The notes below the pieces were generated by a model. It made no database searches, had not been told where the DNA came from, and saw only the letters and a list, made by a program, of their open reading frames with translations. Positions 17,485-26,428 of a DNA stretch of 39,785 nucleotides are shown in pieces. How positions within the stretch are numbered: the stretch's first letter is position 1; each line of letters starts with the position of its first letter. The position numbers and the translations under genes are program-made. The stretch lies in sequence record SRR20825010_4221. The stretch is one strand, 5' to 3'.

Positions 17485-18825
17485 ATGTTGAATTTCTTTT
17501 CCAGAATCATTCAAAAGCAATTCGATCCAGTCGACAACTCTCCACTCGTATTATTTCGAATGATTTTCGGCTTTCTGATTTTCGCTGAAACATTTGGAGC
17601 CATACTTACTGGTTGGGTTAGAGATGCACTCATTGAACCTGAGTTCACCTTCACCCTTATCGGTCTAGAATGGCTTCAGCCCCTCCCAGGAAGTGGAATG
17701 TATGGATATTTCACGTTAATGGCCATTTGCGGTTTGTGCGTAATGGTGGGCTATCGTTATAAGTTAAGTTTAAGCGTTTTTACCATCCTTTGGACACTCG
17801 TATACTGGATGCAAAAATCCTTTTACAATAACCATTACTACCTTCTGATCCTTCTTTGCTTATTCATGTTGTGTGTTCCAGCGCATGCTTATGCCTCGTT
17901 CGATGCAAAAAGATGGAGTTCGGTGGTAAGTTTGACATGTCCTAGGTGGTGTATCAACATCTTCATTATTCAGCTTTGGATTGTCTTCACATTTGCAGCT
18001 ATTAATAAAATTTACCCCGGTTGGGTAGAAGGGCATTTTATGCAAGTGGCATTGGGTTCAAAAAAAGGATATTGGTTAATTGGTGACATTCTACAAGAAC
18101 AGAGGCTCCAGAATCTCATTATTTTCGGAGGCATTGGCTTTGATTTACTCATTGTCTATTTACTACTATGGAAAAAGACCCGAATCTTTGCCTTCTTAGT
18201 TTCAGTGGTTTTCCATTTGTTCAATGCCATAGTCTTTCAGATTGGAATTTTTCCTTTCATGATGATAGGATTGACTGTATTATTCTTTAAACCCGAAACA
18301 ATCAGAAAAACCTTCTTTCCAAAAAAGACTTTGATCGCGCTGGCAAATAATGAGCAGACGAAACTTAAAGCTGGCAGGTTAGCGCTAGCTGTAGTATTTG
18401 CCATTTATTTTGGCTTTCAGATTTACTTACCCTTACGTCATCACATTTATAAGGGAGATGTTTTTTGGACGGAAGAGGGACATCGTTTGGCTTGGAGAAT
18501 GATGCTAAGGGTAAAGTACGGAAGTTTAGGTTTTGAGATAAGGCATCCTAAAACAGGCAAAAGCTGGAAGGCAAGCCCTTTAGATTTCTTTACAGCCAAA
18601 CAAGCTGCAGCAGCGGCATCAAAACCTGATATGATCTGGCAAATGGCCCGCTGGATGGAAAAGCACTATAAAAAAGAAGGAATAACAGACGTAGAAATTT
18701 ATGCCAATACCAGTGTCTCGCTCAATGGAGGTGCACGACATGTTATTATCGACCCTGAAATAGATCTTACCCAAATGAAATGGCAGCCTTTCAGGCATTC
18801 TACGTGGATATTGAGTCCCAAATAA
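17485..18825 (+). CDS. HTTM-domain protein, vitamin K-dependent gamma-carboxylase homologue
   Basis: L..FR..FG, YNNHYYL, AINKIYPGWVEG, FHLFN...F.IGIFP, WTEEGHRLAWRMM, PDMIWQ, SLNG, DP..DL. Confidence 0.88.
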   Translation: MLNFFSRIIQKQFDPVDNSPLVLFRMIFGFLIFAETFGAILTGWVRDALIEPEFTFTLIGLEWLQPLPGSGMYGYFTLMAICGLCVMVGYRYKLSLSVFTILWTLVYWMQKSFYNNHYYLLILLCLFMLCVPAHAYASFDAKRWSSVVSLTCPRWCINIFIIQLWIVFTFAAINKIYPGWVEGHFMQVALGSKKGYWLIGDILQEQRLQNLIIFGGIGFDLLIVYLLLWKKTRIFAFLVSVVFHLFNAIVFQIGIFPFMMIGLTVLFFKPETIRKTFFPKKTLIALANNEQTKLKAGRLALAVVFAIYFGFQIYLPLRHHIYKGDVFWTEEGHRLAWRMMLRVKYGSLGFEIRHPKTGKSWKASPLDFFTAKQAAAAASKPDMIWQMARWMEKHYKKEGITDVEIYANTSVSLNGGARHVIIDPEIDLTQMKWQPFRHSTWILSPK

Positions 18826-18908
18826 CCATTTTCTTTTTTTCCCCTAAAATAGATTAACCTTATAGCCATCAGTATTTTGTTATGATCACCTTCTCTAGTA
18901 AATTGCAG

Positions 18909-18931
18909 CTGTTTATATTTAATCTAAATAA
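18909..18931. promoter_or_regulatory. Candidate iron-responsive operator upstream of feoA
   Basis: Imperfect AT-rich palindrome CTGTTTATA-TTTAA-TCTAAATAA ending 10 bp before the feoA GTG. Confidence 0.45.
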
Positions 18932-18941
18932 GCATAGAGCC

Positions 18942-19163
18942 GTGAGAAGTCTAGCAGAGTTAAAGAAAAACGAGAGAGGGGTCATAAATGGGTTTAAAGA
19001 TGACACTCTTTCAGTCAAGCTTATTGAAATGGGTTGCTTGCCCGGAACCGAAGTTTCTGTAGACCTCATCGCTCCGTTTGGTGACCCTATTGCCATTGGT
19101 GTTTCTGGTTACTGCTTATCGCTTAGAAAAGATGAAGCGGCCTGTATCATGATTGAAGATTAG
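18942..19163 (+). CDS. feoA: Ferrous iron transport protein A
   Basis: KLIEMGCLPG, APFGDP, LSLRKDEA; start placed at GTG 18942 rather than 18882. Confidence 0.92.
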   Translation: MRSLAELKKNERGVINGFKDDTLSVKLIEMGCLPGTEVSVDLIAPFGDPIAIGVSGYCLSLRKDEAACIMIED

Positions 19164-19166
19164 AAC

Positions 19167-21281
19167 ATGGCAAAGGCGGACAGAATTAAAATTGCGCTTG
19201 TTGGAAATCCTAATTCTGGAAAAACAACACTTTTCAACTTACTTACTGGGCTAAATCAAAAAACTGGAAATTTCCCTGGAGTAACTGTAGATAAGAAATC
19301 TGGGTTCTCTAAGTTACCAGATGGCACCACAGTCGAAATTATTGACCTTCCTGGCACTTATAGCGTCTATCCAAAAACACTAGATGAACAGATCGTTCAA
19401 GACATTCTGCTGGACCCTGAGCATCCTCAATACCCAGATAAGGTAATTGTAGTCACTGATGCGTCAAACCTTAAAAGAAATCTCCTCCTTTTTACTCAGA
19501 TTAGAGATCTAGGCATTCCGTTGGTTTTGGTGCTTAACATGATGGATGTTGCCCAGCTCAAAAAACTCAATATTGACTTAAGGGGCCTTTCCATTGACTT
19601 AGGTATAAAAATCATTCCAACAAACTCACACAATGGCCACGGAGTAGCAGCTTTAAAAGAAGCCCTCACTCAGCCCCTTATAAGGGGTAAGCGACCATTC
19701 TATGATATCTATGATTTAGCGCCTAAAACGATAGACGTAATCAAAGCAGAGTTTGACCTGACCGAAAATTATCGAGCCTACCAATACGCACAACAATCGG
19801 TTCGTTTGAACTTTTTGACTGAGGAGGAAAAAGAGAAAATTTCCAAAATCAAGACTGAAAATGGCTTTTATGATGTTCCCACTCAGTCTCAAGAGACTTT
19901 AGGTAGATATCAGCTCATTTCAGATATCGTAGATAGAAATGTAAAGAACTCACAAGACCCGTTAAAGAAATCAGTAAGCCAGAAAATAGATAAGGTGGTG
20001 ACTCACCCCGTTTTTGGATACCTCATTTTCTTTACGGTACTCATGCTTATCTTTCAGGCCATTTTCGCTTGGGCAGAGGCACCTATGAACCTTATTGAAG
20101 GATCAATAGCAGAGTTTAGTGGCTGGGTGAAAGATATTCTTCCAGAAGGAATTCTTTCTGATTTACTCACCGATGGTGTGCTTGCCGGACTTGCTGGCGT
20201 TTTCGTATTTATACCCCAAATCGCTATTTTATTTGCTTTTATCGCCCTTTTGGAAGAAAGTGGTTATATGTCAAGAGCGGTTTTCCTTATGGACAAACTG
20301 ATGAGAAAGGTTGGCCTCAATGGAAAATCCGTAGTACCACTGATCAGTGGAATGGCCTGTGCCATTCCAGCCATAATGGCTACCAGAAACATTGAAAGCT
20401 GGAAAGATAGACTCATTACGATTTTTGTAACCCCATTTATGAGTTGTTCTGCCAGATTACCAGTCTATGCTATTCTTATTGGTTTAGTTGTTCCCGACCA
20501 ACAGGTGATTGGCATATTTAACCTTCAAGGTTTGGTGCTTCAAGCCCTATATCTGCTAGGCTTTTTGGCTGCTATTGGTTCGGCTTATGTAATGAAGCTT
20601 ATTCTTAAAAGCGATCAAAAATCTTATTTCATTATGGAACTGCCTGGATATAAAATCCCAAGCTGGAAGAATATTGGGCTCACCATTTACGATAAGTCGA
20701 AAACCTTTGTATTTGAAGCAGGTAAGATAATCATTGCTATCTCAATTGTATTATGGGTTTTGGCCTCATATGGTTTCAACGATAATTTCCGAAATGCAGA
20801 AGCGAACGTACGGCAGAACATTGGGGTAAATGCCTCTGATGAAGAATACGAAATTGCCCTAAGCTCCTATAAACTTGAATACTCTGTTGCTGGTTCATTC
20901 GGTAAAATTATAGAACCTGCAATTCGCCCTCTTGGTTATGACTGGAAAATAGGGATCGCACTGATTACCTCCTTTGCAGCACGAGAGGTGTTTGTAGGCA
21001 CCATGTCCACCATATACAGTATTGGCGCAAGTGACGATGATGAAGTAACCATAAGGGAAAGGTTGAGTCAAGAAAAAAACCCTGAAACAGGTGAGGCCAT
21101 GTACACTTCTGCAGTTGCTTTTTCTCTGATGGTATTCTATGCTTTTGCAATGCAATGCATGAGTACATTAGCGATTGTCTACAGAGAAACTAAAGGGTGG
21201 AAGTGGCCGATCATCCAAACCATTTATATGACCGCAGTCGCCTATATTTCGGCACTTATCACCTATAATATTTTCTCCTAG
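19167..21281 (+). CDS. feoB: Ferrous iron transport protein B
   Basis: GNPNSGKT, NFPGVTVD, DLPGTYS, NMMD, LEESGYM, PFMSCSARLP, FIMELP, AAREVFV. Confidence 0.98.
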   Translation: MAKADRIKIALVGNPNSGKTTLFNLLTGLNQKTGNFPGVTVDKKSGFSKLPDGTTVEIIDLPGTYSVYPKTLDEQIVQDILLDPEHPQYPDKVIVVTDASNLKRNLLLFTQIRDLGIPLVLVLNMMDVAQLKKLNIDLRGLSIDLGIKIIPTNSHNGHGVAALKEALTQPLIRGKRPFYDIYDLAPKTIDVIKAEFDLTENYRAYQYAQQSVRLNFLTEEEKEKISKIKTENGFYDVPTQSQETLGRYQLISDIVDRNVKNSQDPLKKSVSQKIDKVVTHPVFGYLIFFTVLMLIFQAIFAWAEAPMNLIEGSIAEFSGWVKDILPEGILSDLLTDGVLAGLAGVFVFIPQIAILFAFIALLEESGYMSRAVFLMDKLMRKVGLNGKSVVPLISGMACAIPAIMATRNIESWKDRLITIFVTPFMSCSARLPVYAILIGLVVPDQQVIGIFNLQGLVLQALYLLGFLAAIGSAYVMKLILKSDQKSYFIMELPGYKIPSWKNIGLTIYDKSKTFVFEAGKIIIAISIVLWVLASYGFNDNFRNAEANVRQNIGVNASDEEYEIALSSYKLEYSVAGSFGKIIEPAIRPLGYDWKIGIALITSFAAREVFVGTMSTIYSIGASDDDEVTIRERLSQEKNPETGEAMYTSAVAFSLMVFYAFAMQCMSTLAIVYRETKGWKWPIIQTIYMTAVAYISALITYNIFS

Positions 21282-21315
21282 TAAAATGCGTGTTAGCCAA
21301 TAAAAACGAAGCCTA

Positions 21316-22797
21316 TTACTCTTGTTCCTTTGGCCTAAAGTTTAAAGGCAGCTTTACAGAAAAGCCACCCCATGTCCACCAACCCAAATATAAGGCGGCT
21401 CGTTTACTGCTGAAATAACCAGGGAAAGCAATCAATGGTTGTTTTTCTTGAAATAGAATTACGGACTTTTGAAACAATGGAACATCACTGATGTCCATAC
21501 CCACCACCTGATAGCTGGTAAGGCTCTGGTCATTACTCAAGGAGATTGTAGACCTAGATTTCTGATCCGTGTATTTGTAGTTTCCACTTTTAGACTTACT
21601 TCTAAAGAGTTTCTTATACTCCTGGTCTTCAAAGCCTTTCGTATACGTTATTTCTATATCAGAAGAACCTATCAATTTATATTCAAGTTCTTTATCCGAT
21701 GGTTCAAGCCTTATGATTTCAGATAGTTTGATGGGGTTTAGAGGGGTACTGTACTCTGAAGTAACAGAATCGAATTGAACGGTATTCACTGAAAAACCCT
21801 CTTGGGCAACTCTACCTTCAATCAAGGCGTTCAAAAAATGATTAACAGATCCATAATAAGCTTTCCCACGTGCCTCCTCCCATCTTGCATTCTGCTTTCG
21901 TGACTTGGGCTCAAGTTCCGTGAACTGTGCCTTCCCAATGTATGTTTTGGTGCCATTAATAAAAGTGAACTCCTCCAAAATATAACTCACCTGATAACCT
22001 AGGGCATAATTCTCAATATATAACTTATCATTTGCCGTTACTTCATAATTATTCAGAGAATCCAACACAAAGAAATCTAGCACTTCTGGATTAACAATCC
22101 TACAGTCTTTGGCGTTGCTGTCTCTACCTAAAAAGTCCTCTTCAAACCGTTTCAGAAGTCTCCGGTCACTTTTGCGCTGCTTTCTAGTCTTATTGGCCGA
22201 AACTTCAACAGGCTCCAACGCCACTTCTTCTACACTCATTTCAATAATAAACCTGTTATTCTCTAACGGCTGTTTATAATTGAAAGGAATTGTTTTAGGC
22301 TCATACCCAACATAAGATACAACAAGATTAAAGGCGATATAAGGGATATTCTTAATTTCAAAATAGCCCTCACGATTTGTAGCCACTCCAAAGGTGCTAT
22401 TATCTATGAACACATTGGCATAAGGAAGAGGCATTTGGGTCTCAGTATCAAGCACTTGCCCTTTTATTGTTCTATCCGTAGAAGGCTGCTTCAGGATCAC
22501 AACCGTTCCGTTCACCTCTCTATAGTACAGATCGGCTTTCGATAAAATATCTTCTAAGATTGCTCGCAGTGAGACACCGTCATAGGTAACCGAAAATTTA
22601 TCCATTTTCGGAATGATCATAGTATTGTATGAAAAATTGATTTGCGTCTGACGATTCAATTGGCGCAAAGCAGCACTTAGCGTTACGTTGTCAAATTCAA
22701 CAACGTATTGAAAGTCTAAAATTGAATTAGACTTATCTTGAGCTTGTACGTTAATACACCAAAATGCGTAGATGGAAACCAGAAATCCCCTGAGCAT
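21316..22797 (-). CDS. Secreted STN-like plus carboxypeptidase-regulatory-like domain protein
   Basis: Signal peptide; STN-like segment (L..AL..L..QT.INFSY...L..IL..IL), CarboxypepD_reg (IKGQVLD.ET..PLPYANV..T..EG.F..LVVSYVGYE); C-terminal domain of unknown function; too short for a TonB barrel. Confidence 0.75.
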   Translation of the reverse strand: MLRGFLVSIYAFWCINVQAQDKSNSILDFQYVVEFDNVTLSAALRQLNRQTQINFSYNTMIIPKMDKFSVTYDGVSLRAILEDILSKADLYYREVNGTVVILKQPSTDRTIKGQVLDTETQMPLPYANVFIDNSTFGVATNREGYFEIKNIPYIAFNLVVSYVGYEPKTIPFNYKQPLENNRFIIEMSVEEVALEPVEVSANKTRKQRKSDRRLLKRFEEDFLGRDSNAKDCRIVNPEVLDFFVLDSLNNYEVTANDKLYIENYALGYQVSYILEEFTFINGTKTYIGKAQFTELEPKSRKQNARWEEARGKAYYGSVNHFLNALIEGRVAQEGFSVNTVQFDSVTSEYSTPLNPIKLSEIIRLEPSDKELEYKLIGSSDIEITYTKGFEDQEYKKLFRSKSKSGNYKYTDQKSRSTISLSNDQSLTSYQVVGMDISDVPLFQKSVILFQEKQPLIAFPGYFSSKRAALYLGWWTWGGFSVKLPLNFRPKEQE

Positions 22798-22805
22798 GGA
22801 CCAAT

Positions 22806-23786
22806 TTAATGATCGCAGGGCTTTCCGTCTAATTTTATTCGGTTTTCTTTAAAGGAAATAATTTTTATTTCTGGGAAAGTGGCATCAATCATTTTTATAA
22901 CGTCCTCGATGGATGTTCCTTGAAAGGTAGTAGTAAGAGGACAAGCTCCAATAGCCTCATTATAATCAATGTTTACCCAATAGGTATCTTCTAAATCTTT
23001 GAATACTTCACTTAGTGGCGTGGCATCATACTCCAGTTTTCTTGTCCACCAACCACTAAAGTTGGCGTCCTTTATTTCATTCTTTTGAATAACCTTTCCT
23101 GTTTTATCCAGTTTCGCACTTTGCCCTTTGGCTACATGCTCTTTTACACCAGTAATTGATGAAGAGAATTCAACCAATCCTTCAGTAACATCTAACTCTA
23201 CACCATCTTCAGCTTCAGTGGCCAAGTTGAAACTAGTACCTAAAACTTTTACTGTGCTGTTTCCTGCTTCAATTACGAATGGCAGATCTTCATCTCGAAC
23301 AACGTCAAAATTTGCCTCCCCCTTTAAAATCACGTTACGATTGCTATCTCCAAAATGTTTGGATAGGGTGAGTTTAGCATTAGCATTTAACTTCACTAAC
23401 GATCCATCTGGCAATGTAAATTCTTTGACTCCATGAGTCACTGAAGCCAACTCAGTGCCATCAGAATCTGTAGTTTTCGTAGTGCTATAAATAAAATATC
23501 CAGCAACTGACAATACCAATAGGGAAGCGGCAATCTTTAAAAAGCTGAAATTCGTTCTTTGAATTTCTACAACCTTTGTTTCATTCGTGCGTTTACTCAC
23601 TCTATTCCAAGCGGAATCAGCATCGAAAATTTTATCATTCTCATTGCTCGTTAAGTCAAGCAGATTAGCATAAGACTCTAAGTCGATCCTAAGCTGCTCA
23701 TCTTGAATCAATTGAGATTCAAAATCGGCCCTTTCGCTAGTATTTAGTTCATTGGCCAAATATTTGACCATTAACTCTTCCATCAT
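22806..23786 (-). CDS. FecR-family anti-sigma factor
   Basis: N-terminal KYL..E...E, one TM, LPDGS.V.LN, L.GEA.FDV, V.VLGTSFN, V.EG.V. Confidence 0.92.
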   Translation of the reverse strand: MMEELMVKYLANELNTSERADFESQLIQDEQLRIDLESYANLLDLTSNENDKIFDADSAWNRVSKRTNETKVVEIQRTNFSFLKIAASLLVLSVAGYFIYSTTKTTDSDGTELASVTHGVKEFTLPDGSLVKLNANAKLTLSKHFGDSNRNVILKGEANFDVVRDEDLPFVIEAGNSTVKVLGTSFNLATEAEDGVELDVTEGLVEFSSSITGVKEHVAKGQSAKLDKTGKVIQKNEIKDANFSGWWTRKLEYDATPLSEVFKDLEDTYWVNIDYNEAIGACPLTTTFQGTSIEDVIKMIDATFPEIKIISFKENRIKLDGKPCDH

Positions 23787-23833
23787 TTCCTTCTTTCTGT
23801 CAGTTAATGTAACAACCCTGACAATTCATTCCC

Positions 23834-24406
23834 CTATAACAAAACCACCAAAGGCAGAAAAAAAACTAGATAATCCTGCAATTGGTTTCTTAATATTTTA
23901 AGTGCCTTACCCATATGCACCTCAACTGTCTTTTTAGAGATTTGTAATTCCTCTGCAATTTCATAATATTTTAGTCCCTCTTCCCTACTCATTCTGAAAA
24001 CCTTCTGACATTGGGGAGGTAAGCTATCAAGTGCGTCTTCAATTCGTTTTTGCAATTCAAAATCCGGCTGATGACTCACATAGCTTTGGATGCTGATTTC
24101 AATAGAATCTTGCTTATTATTCACATACTTGTTCACCACCTTTTCGTGCTTAATGTAATTAAGGGCGGTATTGTAAGCAGCTCTAAACAGGTATGATTTA
24201 AAATTGATGTCTTCTCGAATCATTTCTCGCTTTTCCCAAAGGTTTACGAAAGTGCTCTGCACAACTTCTTCGCAAGTATCTTCATCACGAAGTATTCTGA
24301 AAACATACCGGCAAGCGCCATTATAATGTTCTTTGAATAAATGCTCAAAAGCGCGTCTATCGCCTTTGGCAAATGCAGCAAGAAGTTGATTTTCGTTTAA
24401 CGACAC
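23834..24406 (-). CDS. ECF RNA polymerase sigma-70 factor (Bacteroidota FecI-like)
   Basis: GD..AFE.LF, EEVVQ..FV.LWEKR, SYLF....N, LP.QC..VF.MSR.EGL.Y.EIAE.L.IS.KTVE.HMGKAL. Confidence 0.94.
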   Translation of the reverse strand: MSLNENQLLAAFAKGDRRAFEHLFKEHYNGACRYVFRILRDEDTCEEVVQSTFVNLWEKREMIREDINFKSYLFRAAYNTALNYIKHEKVVNKYVNNKQDSIEISIQSYVSHQPDFELQKRIEDALDSLPPQCQKVFRMSREEGLKYYEIAEELQISKKTVEVHMGKALKILRNQLQDYLVFFLPLVVLL

Positions 24407-24519
24407 TCTTTATGATTTCAGCAGCGTTGAAGATAAAAAGAAAAAACATATTCCAATGAATTTACGTGTTCTCATACTAATTAATTGACATTTTTGGTAG
24501 AAGTGTAAATTGTGGTGTC

Positions 24520-24527
24520 TATGTTTG
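24520..24527 (+). promoter_or_regulatory. -7 promoter element upstream of the MutS-domain gene
   Basis: TATGTTTG; nearest upstream TTTG is 23 bp away, slightly long. Confidence 0.4.
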
Positions 24528-24612
24528 AACATAAATACGCCTTAATGGTAAGAATGGTTTTTTATGCCCTTCATCTTATCCAAAGCCGCACTTAAATCTC
24601 TTATTAACAATA

Positions 24613-26400
24613 ATGGAAAAACTTTTTAAAGAAAGGGCAGAGCAATTTGAAAATAGCCTTAACGACCTAAAAAAAAGGTCGCTTTCACTCGCATGGCTTA
24701 GGGTCTCTTCATTTTTTGTAGCAATCATCTTAATTACACTTTTTGCAAACGCAAAAATAACAGAAGGAATAACTGCAACAGCCATTGGTTTTATTCTGCT
24801 CTTTTTCTACTTACTGAAAAAACACGTTGCCGTAAAGAAACAACTCGAGTTTACAGAAGCCCTACTTAAGGTAAATGAAGAAGAGTTACAAAGATTAGAA
24901 ATGAAGCTTTCCGCATTAGATGATGGAGCGGAGTTCATCAACCCACTGCATGAATACCATATTGACCTGGACGTCTTTGGCCGACATTCCATTTTTCAGT
25001 TAATCAATAGAGCCTCTACCGCCTTTGGCAGAGAGACCATGGCAAAATGGTTGAGCATTCCAGCCGATAAAGAGAAAATACTATTGCGGCAAGAAGCATC
25101 AAAGGAGGTTGCTCCTTTAATTGATTGGAGACAAAATATTCAGGCAAGCGGAAGAGCTTTCAATGAAGAAAAGGCGAATATTGAACCGCTACTTTCTTGG
25201 ATAAAAGAGCCCAATGTTCTGTTAACAAAAACATTTTACAAATTAGCCATTTTCTTTTTTCCACTGTTTACACTTACCTGCATTGTGCTTGCTTCTATTG
25301 GGCTATCCCCAATTGGACTCCCCATTCTGGCCGTCTTTATTAATATTGGGGTCTTGGCTACTGTGTTTAAATACGCAGGCGATGTATTTCAGAAAACGGT
25401 TTTCAGTAATAAAATATTGAAGGCATACGAGTCTCAAATTACTTGGATTGAAAACCAAGAACTCTCATCTCCACTAATGAAAGAGTTGAAAGGGAAACTT
25501 CAAACAGATGGTCAAAATGCTTCCGCGGTGATCAACCAACTCCAATTTATTTTGGACAACCTGCACAACCGCTCCAACATGATGTACCAAATTTTCAATA
25601 TGCTATTTGTATTAGACATATACTGGTTATTAAGGGCAGAAAAATGGAGAAAGAAAACGAAGCAAGACATTCAATCTTGGTTCGAAGCTATTGGCGAAAT
25701 TGAAGCTGTGAATAGCCTTGGTGCATTCTATTTCTCTAATCCTACGGCTGTTTTCCCAACCATAGAAACGGAACCTTTCATAATTAAAGCAGCCCAAATG
25801 GGCCACCCAATGCTCAACGCCAAAAAGAGGGTCAGCAATGATTTTGACTTCTCTGGTAAAGGAGGTATCTGCCTGATCACAGGATCGAATATGAGCGGAA
25901 AAAGTACATTCTTAAGAACAGTTGGGGTAAATTCGATTATGGCGCTTATGGGAGCTACAGTTTGTGCCGAGTCCATGAATATTTCTAAACTTCAGGTGTT
26001 TACCAGTATGCGTACTCAAGATGATTTGGAAGAAAGCGTTTCTTCATTTTATGCTGAACTGAAAAGACTGAAACAGCTTCTGGGCTCTATAAATACAGAA
26101 ATTCCTACACTATTTATGATAGACGAGGTTCTGAAGGGAACCAATTCAGAAGATAGGCACACTGGCGCCAGTGCCTTGATCCGACAATTGAATAAATCTT
26201 ATGCTTTTGGCTTTGTTTCCACACATGACCTGACGCTAGGCAAAATAACTACAGAACTCAACGGCATTAAAAACTACAGCTTCAATAGTGTAATTGAAAA
26301 TGACGATATCATCTTCGATTATACACTAACCCCAGGCCTTTGTAAAAGCTTTAACGCAACTAAGCTCATGCAAAAAATGGGAATAGAAATTATTGACTAA
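24613..26400 (+). CDS. Membrane-anchored MutS-domain-V ATPase (MutS-like, not the mismatch-repair MutS1)
   Basis: TM pairs near residues 25-70 and 205-250; DLDVFG, HP, TGSNMSGKSTFLR, D.L....S.FYAEL, DEVLKGTN, STHD. Confidence 0.88.
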   Translation: MEKLFKERAEQFENSLNDLKKRSLSLAWLRVSSFFVAIILITLFANAKITEGITATAIGFILLFFYLLKKHVAVKKQLEFTEALLKVNEEELQRLEMKLSALDDGAEFINPLHEYHIDLDVFGRHSIFQLINRASTAFGRETMAKWLSIPADKEKILLRQEASKEVAPLIDWRQNIQASGRAFNEEKANIEPLLSWIKEPNVLLTKTFYKLAIFFFPLFTLTCIVLASIGLSPIGLPILAVFINIGVLATVFKYAGDVFQKTVFSNKILKAYESQITWIENQELSSPLMKELKGKLQTDGQNASAVINQLQFILDNLHNRSNMMYQIFNMLFVLDIYWLLRAEKWRKKTKQDIQSWFEAIGEIEAVNSLGAFYFSNPTAVFPTIETEPFIIKAAQMGHPMLNAKKRVSNDFDFSGKGGICLITGSNMSGKSTFLRTVGVNSIMALMGATVCAESMNISKLQVFTSMRTQDDLEESVSSFYAELKRLKQLLGSINTEIPTLFMIDEVLKGTNSEDRHTGASALIRQLNKSYAFGFVSTHDLTLGKITTELNGIKNYSFNSVIENDDIIFDYTLTPGLCKSFNATKLMQKMGIEIID

Positions 26401-26405
26401 ATTTG
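26398..26405 (+). promoter_or_regulatory. -7 promoter element of purKE
   Basis: TAAATTTG overlapping the stop codon of the MutS-like gene, 23 nt before ATG 26429. Confidence 0.5.
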
Positions 26406-26428
26406 CCCGAATTCCATTAAAAACAAGC

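Noticed and set aside
17294-17491. 65-aa plus-strand ORF
   Set aside because: Phe/Leu/Ser-rich mirror of the Lys/Glu-rich minus-strand peptide; overlaps the HTTM start.
26393-26428. N-terminal extensions given by the ORF track for purK (likewise fur 5396, feoA 18882, OmpA protein 35892)
   Set aside because: Extensions overlap promoter-like elements or upstream genes and lack family similarity; downstream starts fit better.
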